Positions 30,016-42,379 of a stretch of DNA of 64,000 nt are shown one piece after another; position 1 is the stretch's first letter, and each line of letters starts with the position of its first letter. Under the pieces are notes generated by a model. It was not told the DNA's origin, did not search any database, and saw only the letters and a program-made list of their open reading frames with translations. This DNA comes from an uncultured bacterium. Its GTDB lineage: Bacteria; Patescibacteriota; Minisyncoccia; Phycocordibacterales; UBA9973. Location of the stretch: positions 84,465 to 148,464 of the forward strand of contig CALCZP010000004.1 of the NCBI GenBank assembly GCA_937903035.1. Reading direction: 5' to 3'. The position numbers and the translations under genes are program-made.

Positions 30016-30597
30016 TTATTTCTTTTTCGCCGCAGCTTTCTTTGGAGCTACTTTTTTCGGAGAAGCTTTCGTAGCTACCTTTTTTGCAGCAGGCTTTGCT
30101 TTTTCTTTTGGAGCTTCTACTTTCGCAGGAGCAACTTTCGGAGCTTCAGCCTTTGGAGTCTGTTTGCCAGATTCCATTGCACTCATGAGCTTGTCGAGCT
30201 TGGTGTTTACCACTTCAAGCTGACGCTTGAGTTCATCAATCCGAGTATCAGGTGCAGCTGGTGCACTATATGCAGGCTTTGAGTACGCAGGCTTCTCGTA
30301 TGATGAGTTACCGTAGTCGCGCTTTGCGAATCCTGAAGTTGGAGCATCTGTCTTGTGACCACCGAAACAGTCATTACAGTACACAGGCTTTTCACCAGTT
30401 GGGCGAAATGGCACTTCGCACATCTTGCCACAGTCATCACACTTTGCCTTGTGCATTGGACGATCAAAGTCACGTCCGCCGCCAAAGCCTCCGCGACCAC
30501 CACCAAATGATGGACGTCCGCCAAAACTTTTCTTTTCAAAGCGACCACCTCCGCGACGTTCGTCGCCAAATCCATTGTTTTTCTTAAAATCTTTCAT
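30016..30597 (-). CDS. CxxC-x17-CxxC domain protein with RGG-rich N-terminus and Lys/Ala tail
   Basis: MHKAKCDDCGKMCEVPFRPTGEKPVYCNDCF. Confidence 0.88.
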   Translation of the reverse strand: MKDFKKNNGFGDERRGGGRFEKKSFGGRPSFGGGRGGFGGGRDFDRPMHKAKCDDCGKMCEVPFRPTGEKPVYCNDCFGGHKTDAPTSGFAKRDYGNSSYEKPAYSKPAYSAPAAPDTRIDELKRQLEVVNTKLDKLMSAMESGKQTPKAEAPKVAPAKVEAPKEKAKPAAKKVATKASPKKVAPKKAAAKKK

Positions 30598-30733
30598 TTG
30601 TTTAAATAGTGTTAGTTATTATATATATGATACTGAGCCTGTCGGGCTATTGCCATAATCCCGAAAGTATAGTCTATTATGCATTATTTTGCAAGGACCC
30701 CGAGCAGTTGGTGTGCTATACTCGCCCCATTAT

Positions 30734-31447
30734 ATGAAAACGACGACCAGTACACTCCCTGACGGCTATGAACGCCTCGAGCGTGCCCTTGCACATGCTG
30801 GGCTTGCTTCTCGTCGCGAAGCCAAGGATCTCATTGTCCGTGGCAAAGTCTCTGTCAATGGCAAAGTCATCCGTGAGACGGGCTATGGCATCAAGCTTGG
30901 TGAAGACAAAGTTGAAGTCGTAGGTAATCCTATTGCGACCAAAGAGTCGGTCCTCATCTACAAACCTCGCGGCATTGAGACGACCAAAACACTTCCGACC
31001 TCAAAGGATATTCATGACGAATTTCCGCAGTACGCGCACCTCTCACCCATCGGTCGCCTCGACAAAGAGTCAGAAGGTCTCATCATCCTCTCAAACGATG
31101 GTACACTCACCAAAGCTATCACCGGTCTCGACTCAAATGTCTCCAAGACCTACCTCGTCACGACACGCGAAGCAGTATCTGATAGCGCACTCAAACGTAT
31201 GACGAACGGTATCGCCATTGATGGTGTCATGACCAAGCATGCACAGACCGAACGCCGATCGCCCTCAAGCTTCATGATCACCCTTCATGAAGGACGTAAA
31301 CATCAGATCCGCCGTATGTGTGATGCACTCCACCTCACCATCGAATCCCTCATCCGCGTCAGCATCGGCCACCTCCAAAAAGGCTCAATGAAAGCAGGTT
31401 CAAGTAAGAAACTTGCTGCCGCAGATATCAGCAAGTTGAAGCAATAA
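30734..31447 (+). CDS. rRNA pseudouridine synthase, RsuA/RluB family
   Basis: S4 domain (RL...LA.AGLASRR), KPRG, GRLDKESEGL, EGRKHQIRRM. Confidence 0.92.
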   Translation: MKTTTSTLPDGYERLERALAHAGLASRREAKDLIVRGKVSVNGKVIRETGYGIKLGEDKVEVVGNPIATKESVLIYKPRGIETTKTLPTSKDIHDEFPQYAHLSPIGRLDKESEGLIILSNDGTLTKAITGLDSNVSKTYLVTTREAVSDSALKRMTNGIAIDGVMTKHAQTERRSPSSFMITLHEGRKHQIRRMCDALHLTIESLIRVSIGHLQKGSMKAGSSKKLAAADISKLKQ

Positions 31448-31454
31448 AAAAGCC

Positions 31455-32444
31455 CTACTCTTGTAGGGCTTTTATTGCTGTAAGGTCAGTAATTTTTGCT
31501 TTTTCAGATTCTTCAACAATCGTAAGAACTTCTTCTATACCAAAAAAGCTCAACATTTCTGCACGAACAGGAACAAAAGGTATTGAAACTTCGGTATATG
31601 ACAAGTCAGGAAACGAAATGGCTTCGAACCATGGTCCTATACTCAAGAAGTCCTTATCGGGAGAATATTTTGTCGTATCAACTAAACCATTACCCCTTTT
31701 TGCCTCCTTGTTGATCCAACCAAGAAAATCTTGATTGAGTTTATCAACGTCATTGGTAACCAAAGAATAGATTTTTTTCTTACCCTGTTCTGCAACAAAC
31801 CTTGTCCTTTCAAAAAAATCATCCGATTCAAACATCATGAATGATGATGGAATTTTACCAAATACCTCCATCTCACTTTCAAGTCCAATCTTAATGATTC
31901 CTTCAATTTTCCAAAGAATACGAAGTAGTTCTGATTGCACCTTTGCCGCTTCAACCCGATTTTCGATGAAAACTTCCAACATAGTCTGTATCGATTTTTC
32001 AGGAGAAAGACTATTCGTCTCACCATGCCGTTTCCAATCAATACAAAGCAGGAGTTTGAAATCATCTCTCTTTTTTCTAAGTTGAACAATTAAGTCTCGT
32101 GCCATTTTGCATTTAGACATAGTACTTTCATGGTCACTGATCGAAGAGCGTATCTTTCGATCTCTCCGCTTTTCTTCTAAGTCTTCCATGGTTGATGGAC
32201 TTTTTCGTCCCCTTCTTTTAACCATGGTAAGCAAGTCTGTTTTTTCTTCTTTGGTGAGGTTGTAATGAGCATCAAGGCGTTCGATATTTTCTATTGAAAT
32301 ACCGGCATCTTCCTTGAGCAGAACAACCCACAAATAAGTAAGACTCATTGCTTTGCCATAGAGTGTTTGAAGTAGTCCAGCTTCCTGAACTTCCGTAGCA
32401 GAAACGTTACGTTTTTTAAGGAATCTATTCAAGGCGTTTGCCAT
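31455..32444 (-). CDS. hypothetical protein
   Basis: 329-aa AT-rich ORF with no recognisable motif. Confidence 0.65.
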   Translation of the reverse strand: MANALNRFLKKRNVSATEVQEAGLLQTLYGKAMSLTYLWVVLLKEDAGISIENIERLDAHYNLTKEEKTDLLTMVKRRGRKSPSTMEDLEEKRRDRKIRSSISDHESTMSKCKMARDLIVQLRKKRDDFKLLLCIDWKRHGETNSLSPEKSIQTMLEVFIENRVEAAKVQSELLRILWKIEGIIKIGLESEMEVFGKIPSSFMMFESDDFFERTRFVAEQGKKKIYSLVTNDVDKLNQDFLGWINKEAKRGNGLVDTTKYSPDKDFLSIGPWFEAISFPDLSYTEVSIPFVPVRAEMLSFFGIEEVLTIVEESEKAKITDLTAIKALQE

Positions 32445-32529
32445 AAAATTATATTTTAGTTTAGCTTACTCTACCCTATTTATTGACAAAGTCAAGTTTA
32501 GATTGTAAGGTATTAAAAACGTAAAAACA

Positions 32530-33078
32530 ATGATCTATCCATTAAAAGACTACCCGTCGGTAGCAACAGATGTTTTGGCATTTCAAAAGGAGTTTACTAT
32601 AGGATTATTCAACACCGTATATTATCCATGCTCAGCACATGATGCATCTCTCTTTTTTACCCTAAAAGAAAGCCGGGTCATACATGTCGACACTGACAAA
32701 AACGTTATTGAAACGTTGCATTCGATTGGAGCAGAAGCTTATGAACATTCTGTACTTGATTTTGAACTTTTTACAGAGACTGGTAAAAAGGCAGACTTTC
32801 TCCATATATTGAATCCACAAGTGGTGATTGATGAACATTTTATTGAAAACTGCTTAAACATTGGAGGGTACTGTATGTGTAATAACTATCACAAGACAGC
32901 AGAGCAGGTTGGTACAGTTAGTACCATGAAATCTTTAGGTGTAATGAAAGATGGTGTGTTACTGCAAGAAACAATGCCTGAGATTTTTAAAAAGATTGCT
33001 AAGTACAGAATAGATACTCCAGTTTCGATGTTTACACCGTACATGGATCACCGATTTCTATTCCAAAAAACATCTTAG
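32530..33078 (+). CDS. hypothetical protein, possible Rossmann/SAM-methyltransferase-like fold
   Basis: VYYPCSAHD...VIHVD pattern; weak. Confidence 0.55.
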   Translation: MIYPLKDYPSVATDVLAFQKEFTIGLFNTVYYPCSAHDASLFFTLKESRVIHVDTDKNVIETLHSIGAEAYEHSVLDFELFTETGKKADFLHILNPQVVIDEHFIENCLNIGGYCMCNNYHKTAEQVGTVSTMKSLGVMKDGVLLQETMPEIFKKIAKYRIDTPVSMFTPYMDHRFLFQKTS

Positions 33079-33116
33079 TTCTATCTATGACCCACTGAGA
33101 AAAGGTGGGTCATTTT

Positions 33117-34589
33117 TTATTTCTCTAAATCAAGGATTTCGTCGATGCGGATTTGTGAGACGAATTCTGGCACGTGCGAGACGAGGATCATACCTCCCGC
33201 AAATCCACTGAGTGCCTTGGCAATCACCGGCAAGTGACGGAAGTTGATGTGATTGGTCGGCTCATCGAGAATGAGGAGTCCTGGCTCCAGAAACACGAGC
33301 GCAGCAAATGCCACGAGCCCCTTCTGCCCTTCTGAGAGTGCGCCGACTTTCACATGCATGTACTCTGCAGTGATAAGGAAGCTTGATGCAACACTTCGCA
33401 TGCGCTCTTCGTTAAATCTCGCACCGGAAGCTTCCATGGCGCGCTTGAGTGCCTGATGCACACTGTCTTCAAAGTTGAGTGTTGAGAAATCCTGTCGATA
33501 ATAGCCGACACGGATACCCTTAGCAATCTTTGCCCCCGGTGCCTTGCCAGTGGCGAGCGACTCGAGCAGTGTTGACTTGCCAATGCCGTTGGGACCACGA
33601 AGTAAAAGATGCTGATTGCGTTTGAGCGAGATGGCAGTCTTGCGCTCGACAATCTTGTGATCACGCATGATGGTGAAGCTTTTGATATCCATGATCTCTC
33701 CGATCATGTCGGTCTGAGTCGGGATGGTGAATGGACGGATAGTCTTGTCTTCTTTGCGAACATCCACGATATCTTCCTCAAGCTCTTCTGCTTTTTCACG
33801 CATACGCTTTGCCACAAGTCGCATCTGACCACCTTTGTAGGCGAACTGGTTAGCCTTTGCTTTTTTCGCCTGAATCTCTTTTGCGAGCTGCGCGTTTTTC
33901 ATGTTTTCCTTTTCGATACGTACCGTGATATCGCGAAGCACGTCGTGATAGTTACCAACATACTGTTCGATCTTGCGGCTATAGACGTCGAGATAGAGGA
34001 CACCCTCGGTAAAGGCATTGAGAAACTCTGCATCATGGGAAATCACAATAACGGTCTTTTTGTAGTCGATGAGAAATTTTGTGAGATGTTCAATTCCTGC
34101 TTTGTCGAGATTGTTGGTCGGCTCATCGAGCAAGAGCAAGTCAGGATTTTGGATGAGTGCTGATGCAAGGAGGAGTCGTGCCTGCTGCCCACCAGAAAAT
34201 GAATTAATGATACGATCGTGGACATTTTTGTGCCCCGTGAGGTTCACGACCTCCAGAACTTCATCAATCCGTGGATCGATATCGTAGATTTTGTCTTTGA
34301 AAAATGACTGGAAAAATTCTCGTACCGTCTGCGTCATTTGGTCACGCGGAATCACCTGCTTTGCGATTGCCACACTCGTCCCGCGTACGATATTGATGGT
34401 GCCACTCTCAGGTTTGAGTACGCCAGTGAGGAGTCCAAAGATCGTACTTTTGCCAGCACCGTTTTGTCCCATAAGCGTGATCTTGGCACCCTTTCTGATC
34501 GACAAATCTACCGCATCGAGGATGGGCTTGGTGGCACTATATTCAAATGTGAGTCCTTCAAATCGGACAATGGTCTCGGCCTTTGACAT
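33117..34589 (-). CDS. ABC-F family ATPase
   Basis: Two ABC cassettes (GQNGAGKST/FSGGQ/LLLDEPTN and GPNGIGKST/LSEGQ/LDEPTNH), no TM segments. Confidence 0.9.
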   Translation of the reverse strand: MSKAETIVRFEGLTFEYSATKPILDAVDLSIRKGAKITLMGQNGAGKSTIFGLLTGVLKPESGTINIVRGTSVAIAKQVIPRDQMTQTVREFFQSFFKDKIYDIDPRIDEVLEVVNLTGHKNVHDRIINSFSGGQQARLLLASALIQNPDLLLLDEPTNNLDKAGIEHLTKFLIDYKKTVIVISHDAEFLNAFTEGVLYLDVYSRKIEQYVGNYHDVLRDITVRIEKENMKNAQLAKEIQAKKAKANQFAYKGGQMRLVAKRMREKAEELEEDIVDVRKEDKTIRPFTIPTQTDMIGEIMDIKSFTIMRDHKIVERKTAISLKRNQHLLLRGPNGIGKSTLLESLATGKAPGAKIAKGIRVGYYRQDFSTLNFEDSVHQALKRAMEASGARFNEERMRSVASSFLITAEYMHVKVGALSEGQKGLVAFAALVFLEPGLLILDEPTNHINFRHLPVIAKALSGFAGGMILVSHVPEFVSQIRIDEILDLEK

Positions 34590-34597
34590 GTCCCACA

Positions 34598-35743
34598 CTA
34601 TAGCGGGTTTTGGGCATTTGGCCTAGTCTTTGCACCGATTGCTTCAGCGATATTACTATAGCCGTCACGTGTGAGCATATGCGCAATACCCTCGTTGATG
34701 ACACCTATTTGTTGCGGGCCCTCATAGACCATACCGGTGATGAGCTGGACAAGGGATGCTCCTGCACAGATTCTGTCGTATGCATCCTCTGCACTAAATA
34801 CTCCACCGACGCCGACAAAGACAAACCGTGCATGATATCGCTCATACGCATGACGAAGAAGTTCAGTGGACTGTGCAGCGAGCGGTTTACCACTGAAGTT
34901 ACCCACACCCGCAGCAGCTATCTCGCACGTATCAAATGCTGGATTACTGCGATCCTTGGCAAGGTTGGCAAAAACAAAACCTCGAACAAACTCATACCGT
35001 ACTGCAACAGCAATCAGTGCGTCCATCTCATCAACCGTACGTTCAAGCGGCATTTTAATAAACACTGGACGACTAATACCAAGCGGTGCGAGCATTTCGA
35101 GTGTCTGTCGAAGTCCATCAACACTTGCAAGACTTCCGTTGAGGTTTCTAGTATTGAGTAAGTTTGGACAGCTAATATTGAGCTCAAAATAATCAAACGT
35201 ATGGTAGGTATTCGCAAGACGAAATCCTTCGACAAGGTTTGCAACCATCGATGCAAAGTCAGCATAGGGTTTGTTGGTCGCACCAATACTCACACCGCGC
35301 ATGGATGCACCTGATCGTGGAGGTACCTGGTCGAGCACTGATACAACGCCGTCATTCTTAAATCCTTTGTTCACCAGAAGTGACTTTGATTTGGGGAGAC
35401 GACCAAGCATCGGTGGCGGGTTTCCTTCATATGACTCTGCAGTAAGTGTTCCGATAGTATGAAATCCAAAGCCGACACTCGGAAGTATCTGTACAAGATC
35501 TGCATTGTAATCAAACCCGGCCGAAAGACCGATAGGGTTTTGCATGTGCATACCGGCAACATCCTGCACAAGCATCGGGCTGTCATATCGCCACAATACA
35601 CTGACAATCCTACGCATCAACGGATATGCCCCCAGTATCCGCCCCGTCCTGAGAAACAAATGATGAACAGTATCAGCAGGAAACAAAAAAAGGATTGGCT
35701 TGACGAGATGTCGATAGATAATGCCGGTGCCAATCTTTTTCAT
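34598..35743 (-). CDS. pyrD: dihydroorotate dehydrogenase, class 2-like
   Basis: NPIGLSAGFD, GNP.P...RL, NKGF.NDG, ELNISCPN, SGKP, GVGGV, GASLVQLITGMVYEGP. Confidence 0.88.
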   Translation of the reverse strand: MKKIGTGIIYRHLVKPILFLFPADTVHHLFLRTGRILGAYPLMRRIVSVLWRYDSPMLVQDVAGMHMQNPIGLSAGFDYNADLVQILPSVGFGFHTIGTLTAESYEGNPPPMLGRLPKSKSLLVNKGFKNDGVVSVLDQVPPRSGASMRGVSIGATNKPYADFASMVANLVEGFRLANTYHTFDYFELNISCPNLLNTRNLNGSLASVDGLRQTLEMLAPLGISRPVFIKMPLERTVDEMDALIAVAVRYEFVRGFVFANLAKDRSNPAFDTCEIAAAGVGNFSGKPLAAQSTELLRHAYERYHARFVFVGVGGVFSAEDAYDRICAGASLVQLITGMVYEGPQQIGVINEGIAHMLTRDGYSNIAEAIGAKTRPNAQNPL

Positions 35744-35752
35744 ACTAGATAG

Positions 35753-36565
35753 CTAGTTTGTAAGCACTTCTTCATGAACACGAGTGAGTCCATGCATATG
35801 TGCAGTAGTGACAATCCGTCGCATCATACGAACGGCTTCAACAGGATACTTGCCGGACGCACTTTCTTCGGAAAGCATGACTGCAAACGCACCTTCAAGC
35901 ACCGCTGTTGCAACATCAGTAACCTCTGCACGGGTCGGCACCGGATGTTCTGCCATTGAGAGCATCATTTGTGTCGCAACAATAACTGGCGTTTCTGAAG
36001 CCTGCGCCATAGTAATAATATCTGCTTGTACAAACGGAATTTCCTCAAGCGGAACCTCGTTCCCGAGATCCCCACGCGCAACCATCACCATATCACTCGC
36101 ACTGATAATTTCCTGCATATGATCCACTGCAATCGATCGTTCGATCTTGGCAACGACACGCTGGGTGCCACCACAGGTATCAACATAGGCACGACATGCG
36201 ATAACATCCGCAGCAGATCCAACAAATGACAATGCGAAATAATCAACACCAAGCTCAACACCAACAGCAATGAGCTCTTTGTCATGATCGGTTAGACATG
36301 ACACTTCATCCTTGTGATAGGTATGAGTGGCACCCTCCTGAATGCGGGGGCCAGGCAAATCAGCTAGTACCTTTACCGTTCGATTGGCACGTACGATTGC
36401 TGAGTGGATCAATCCGACAGTGACACGAAATTCGGGTGCTTTTTCCCAGGAGAGATTGATACGAAAGATATCAACCCCAGCCTCAATCAATGCAACCAGC
36501 AAATCTTCGGTATGTGACGACGGGCCGATTGTTGCGATAATCTGTGTATTTGGAAGTGTTTTCAT
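35753..36565 (-). CDS. pyk: pyruvate kinase, A domain only
   Basis: IIATIGP, DLPGPRI, AKIE, MVARGDLG, ATQMMLSM, PTRAEVTDV, MLSEESA.GKYP. Confidence 0.9.
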   Translation of the reverse strand: MKTLPNTQIIATIGPSSHTEDLLVALIEAGVDIFRINLSWEKAPEFRVTVGLIHSAIVRANRTVKVLADLPGPRIQEGATHTYHKDEVSCLTDHDKELIAVGVELGVDYFALSFVGSAADVIACRAYVDTCGGTQRVVAKIERSIAVDHMQEIISASDMVMVARGDLGNEVPLEEIPFVQADIITMAQASETPVIVATQMMLSMAEHPVPTRAEVTDVATAVLEGAFAVMLSEESASGKYPVEAVRMMRRIVTTAHMHGLTRVHEEVLTN

Positions 36566-36626
36566 GTAGAATATGAGTATTACCACCAAAGTGTACCACG
36601 CCGTGAGACACGATAATTGTATCCCC

Positions 36627-40262
<3,636 letters not shown>

Positions 40263-40352
40263 ACCGCCACTATAGCATCATACGAAGAAAAGTGGATTAT
40301 TTGAGACTTTTGGCATATACTTGACCTATCTTATTAGCAAATAACTAGTCAT

Positions 40353-40490
40353 ATGGGAAAAAGAGATACGTCACTCGGCGCAAAAGTTAAATCAAAAGGA
40401 TCACACAAGACTGCAAAAAGACTTGCTGTAAAAAAAGAAATGCTCGCCAAGAAAGCAGCAAAAAAGATTCCTGCAAAGAAAAAGAAATAA
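40353..40490 (+). CDS. small Lys-rich protein (45 aa)
   Basis: Not in the ORF track. MGKRDTSLGAKVKSKGSHKTAKRLAVKKEMLAKKAAKKIPAKKKK, immediately followed by a terminator. Confidence 0.65.
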   Translation: MGKRDTSLGAKVKSKGSHKTAKRLAVKKEMLAKKAAKKIPAKKKK

Positions 40491-40522
40491 CAAAAAGCCC
40501 TCGATCGAGGGCTTTTTGTTAT
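40487..40522 (+). terminator. palindromic terminator
   Basis: ataacaaaaagccctcga|tcgagggctttttgttat. Confidence 0.75.
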
Positions 40523-40716
40523 AACATTCTCTTCTTATGTTTCTATCGAAACATCCGCGAGGCAAATTCTTTTGCATGTGGAGTATTAAATTCGTCTTCT
40601 TGGTTGCCTTTTAAAGGGCAATCCGCGAAGCGAATTCGAGCTCTGTAAAGAGTAAGCTTCGCTTCCTTTTACAGACTCTAATTCGGCTGACTGTCACGGT
40701 TGTGAACTTGTAGGGT

Positions 40717-40936
40717 GAGACCGTTCAACACCTTTTGGAGTCCCTTCTACTCCTTATATGAGGCGTCTCGGTCTCAAGGCTTTTTTTACAAATGAAGCAA
40801 ACAAAGCGTTTTCTAACTGTCTCGGTCACTGTCTCATTTAGATTTTAATGCCTATTCTCCGCTTATTGTAGAATATGGATATTTTAGCGAAATGAGACAA
40901 AACGAGACACTTTGGAGCTTATTGAAATCATGTCTC
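40717..40936. repeat. cluster of 8 GAGAC/GTCTC pentamers in both orientations
   Basis: Copies at 40717, 40765, 40771, 40819, 40831, 40894, 40904, 40932. Confidence 0.7.
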
Positions 40937-40939
40937 GTT

Positions 40940-41329
40940 TTAAGACTGAAACTCTACCTCAAACGGATACATTCCCATTCCGCACGATCCCTTAAGGGTA
41001 CCGATTTTCCCACTGCCGATATCAATATCTGTTGACCCTGATTGAGGCAATGATTTTGTTATATCCAAACTAGGAATACGGATTGAAGATGAGCAATCAA
41101 AAGTCCCTTTTGTATTGAATCGAATGATAGTCGGAATACCTGCCTTGGCAATGCTCTTACGAGGTTGATATCCGCCTCTAGCGGTTATCTCAATAATCTG
41201 TTTTCCGTCTACAACACTGACATTATTTGCATTTATAACTTGCCCAGTATCACCACCGTCTCGCGTGAATATGAAAGCTCCCCCGATGAGAACTACTGCC
41301 ACGATAATTGAAATAATAGTTGCTTTCAT
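40940..41329 (-). CDS. cupredoxin-domain protein
   Basis: GGYQP..., DCSS, CGMGMY; N-terminal TM. Confidence 0.85.
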   Translation of the reverse strand: MKATIISIIVAVVLIGGAFIFTRDGGDTGQVINANNVSVVDGKQIIEITARGGYQPRKSIAKAGIPTIIRFNTKGTFDCSSSIRIPSLDITKSLPQSGSTDIDIGSGKIGTLKGSCGMGMYPFEVEFQS

Positions 41330-41342
41330 AATTGAAATTATA

Positions 41343-42374
41343 CTAGAAATTAAAGACTGGTGGTATAACCCCAATCACGACCAAGCTATTAATGAGATTG
41401 AATACTGCAAACATAATGACTATCAATCCAGCGGTTTTGAAAAAAATTCCTGCTTTCGAACTTTTTTGGATACTGAACGAGCTGAAACTAATGAGTGCCA
41501 GAACTGGCAACGTACCAAGTGCGAACGCAAGCATGGTTAGTCCTCCAGTGACGAAACTTCCTGTGGTAAGCGTGTAGAGTTGCATGGATTGCGTAAAGCC
41601 ACACGGTAAGAAGAATGTCGCCACACCAACAAGAAGCGGAGTAAGAGTGTGGTTGAATTTCGACACACCGTGAGCATGCTTAGCAATAAACTTCGGCATC
41701 GACGGCTGAAGTTTTTTTGCCCAATGAAAAGTATCAAGGAGATTGATACCTAGAATGAGCATGACGATGCCGATGATTAGACTCAAAATAAATGTTGCCG
41801 AGGTGTTGAGCGTAAATGCTGATCCGATAACACCTATTACTCCACCAAGTATAAAGAATGATGCAATACGGCCACCATGGAACATGAGTTGAGGTTTTAT
41901 CTTGTCACCTTCTTTAGCAAACGTAGCAGACATCGAGAGAACCAGCCCACCAACAACCGCCATACAGGTTGAGAGTGAAGCGACAATACCAATGACAAAC
42001 GCCGTCCCATAGGTTACGTTTCCAGCACTCACAAGATTTACTATGCCCATTTTTTGCAACACCACAAAGAGCACTGCGAAGCCCAGAGCTATCGGGATTG
42101 CAATTTTGAAGTCCTTCCATTGGGCACTACGCTGTTGTTTTTCAACAGAAATTGTATAGCCGTGAGGCTTGAGAGGTATGGTAAGTTCTTGAGCGATTTG
42201 TTCTGGAGTTTTGTGTCCAAAATTACCAGTAACTTCTACCGAATGATTGCTGAGAATCGATTTAACATGAGTGATATTTGGCATGTCGCCAAGCTCACTT
42301 TCTATCATGAGTACACACGCATTACAGTGCATACCGTGTACATGAAAATTGTATTTTTGTGTTTGTGTAGTCAT
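41343..42374 (-). CDS. HMA domain + DsbD_2/TauE-SafE-like membrane protein
   Basis: GMHCNAC, STCMAVVGG, FFLPCGFTQSMQ, FALGTLP. Confidence 0.88.
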   Translation of the reverse strand: MTTQTQKYNFHVHGMHCNACVLMIESELGDMPNITHVKSILSNHSVEVTGNFGHKTPEQIAQELTIPLKPHGYTISVEKQQRSAQWKDFKIAIPIALGFAVLFVVLQKMGIVNLVSAGNVTYGTAFVIGIVASLSTCMAVVGGLVLSMSATFAKEGDKIKPQLMFHGGRIASFFILGGVIGVIGSAFTLNTSATFILSLIIGIVMLILGINLLDTFHWAKKLQPSMPKFIAKHAHGVSKFNHTLTPLLVGVATFFLPCGFTQSMQLYTLTTGSFVTGGLTMLAFALGTLPVLALISFSSFSIQKSSKAGIFFKTAGLIVIMFAVFNLINSLVVIGVIPPVFNF

Positions 42375-42379
42375 GGTAA

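Noticed and set aside
40537-40740. tRNA, tmRNA or RNase P RNA in the structured region
   Set aside because: Could not build an acceptor stem with a T-loop or find the conserved RNase P or tmRNA end motifs on either strand
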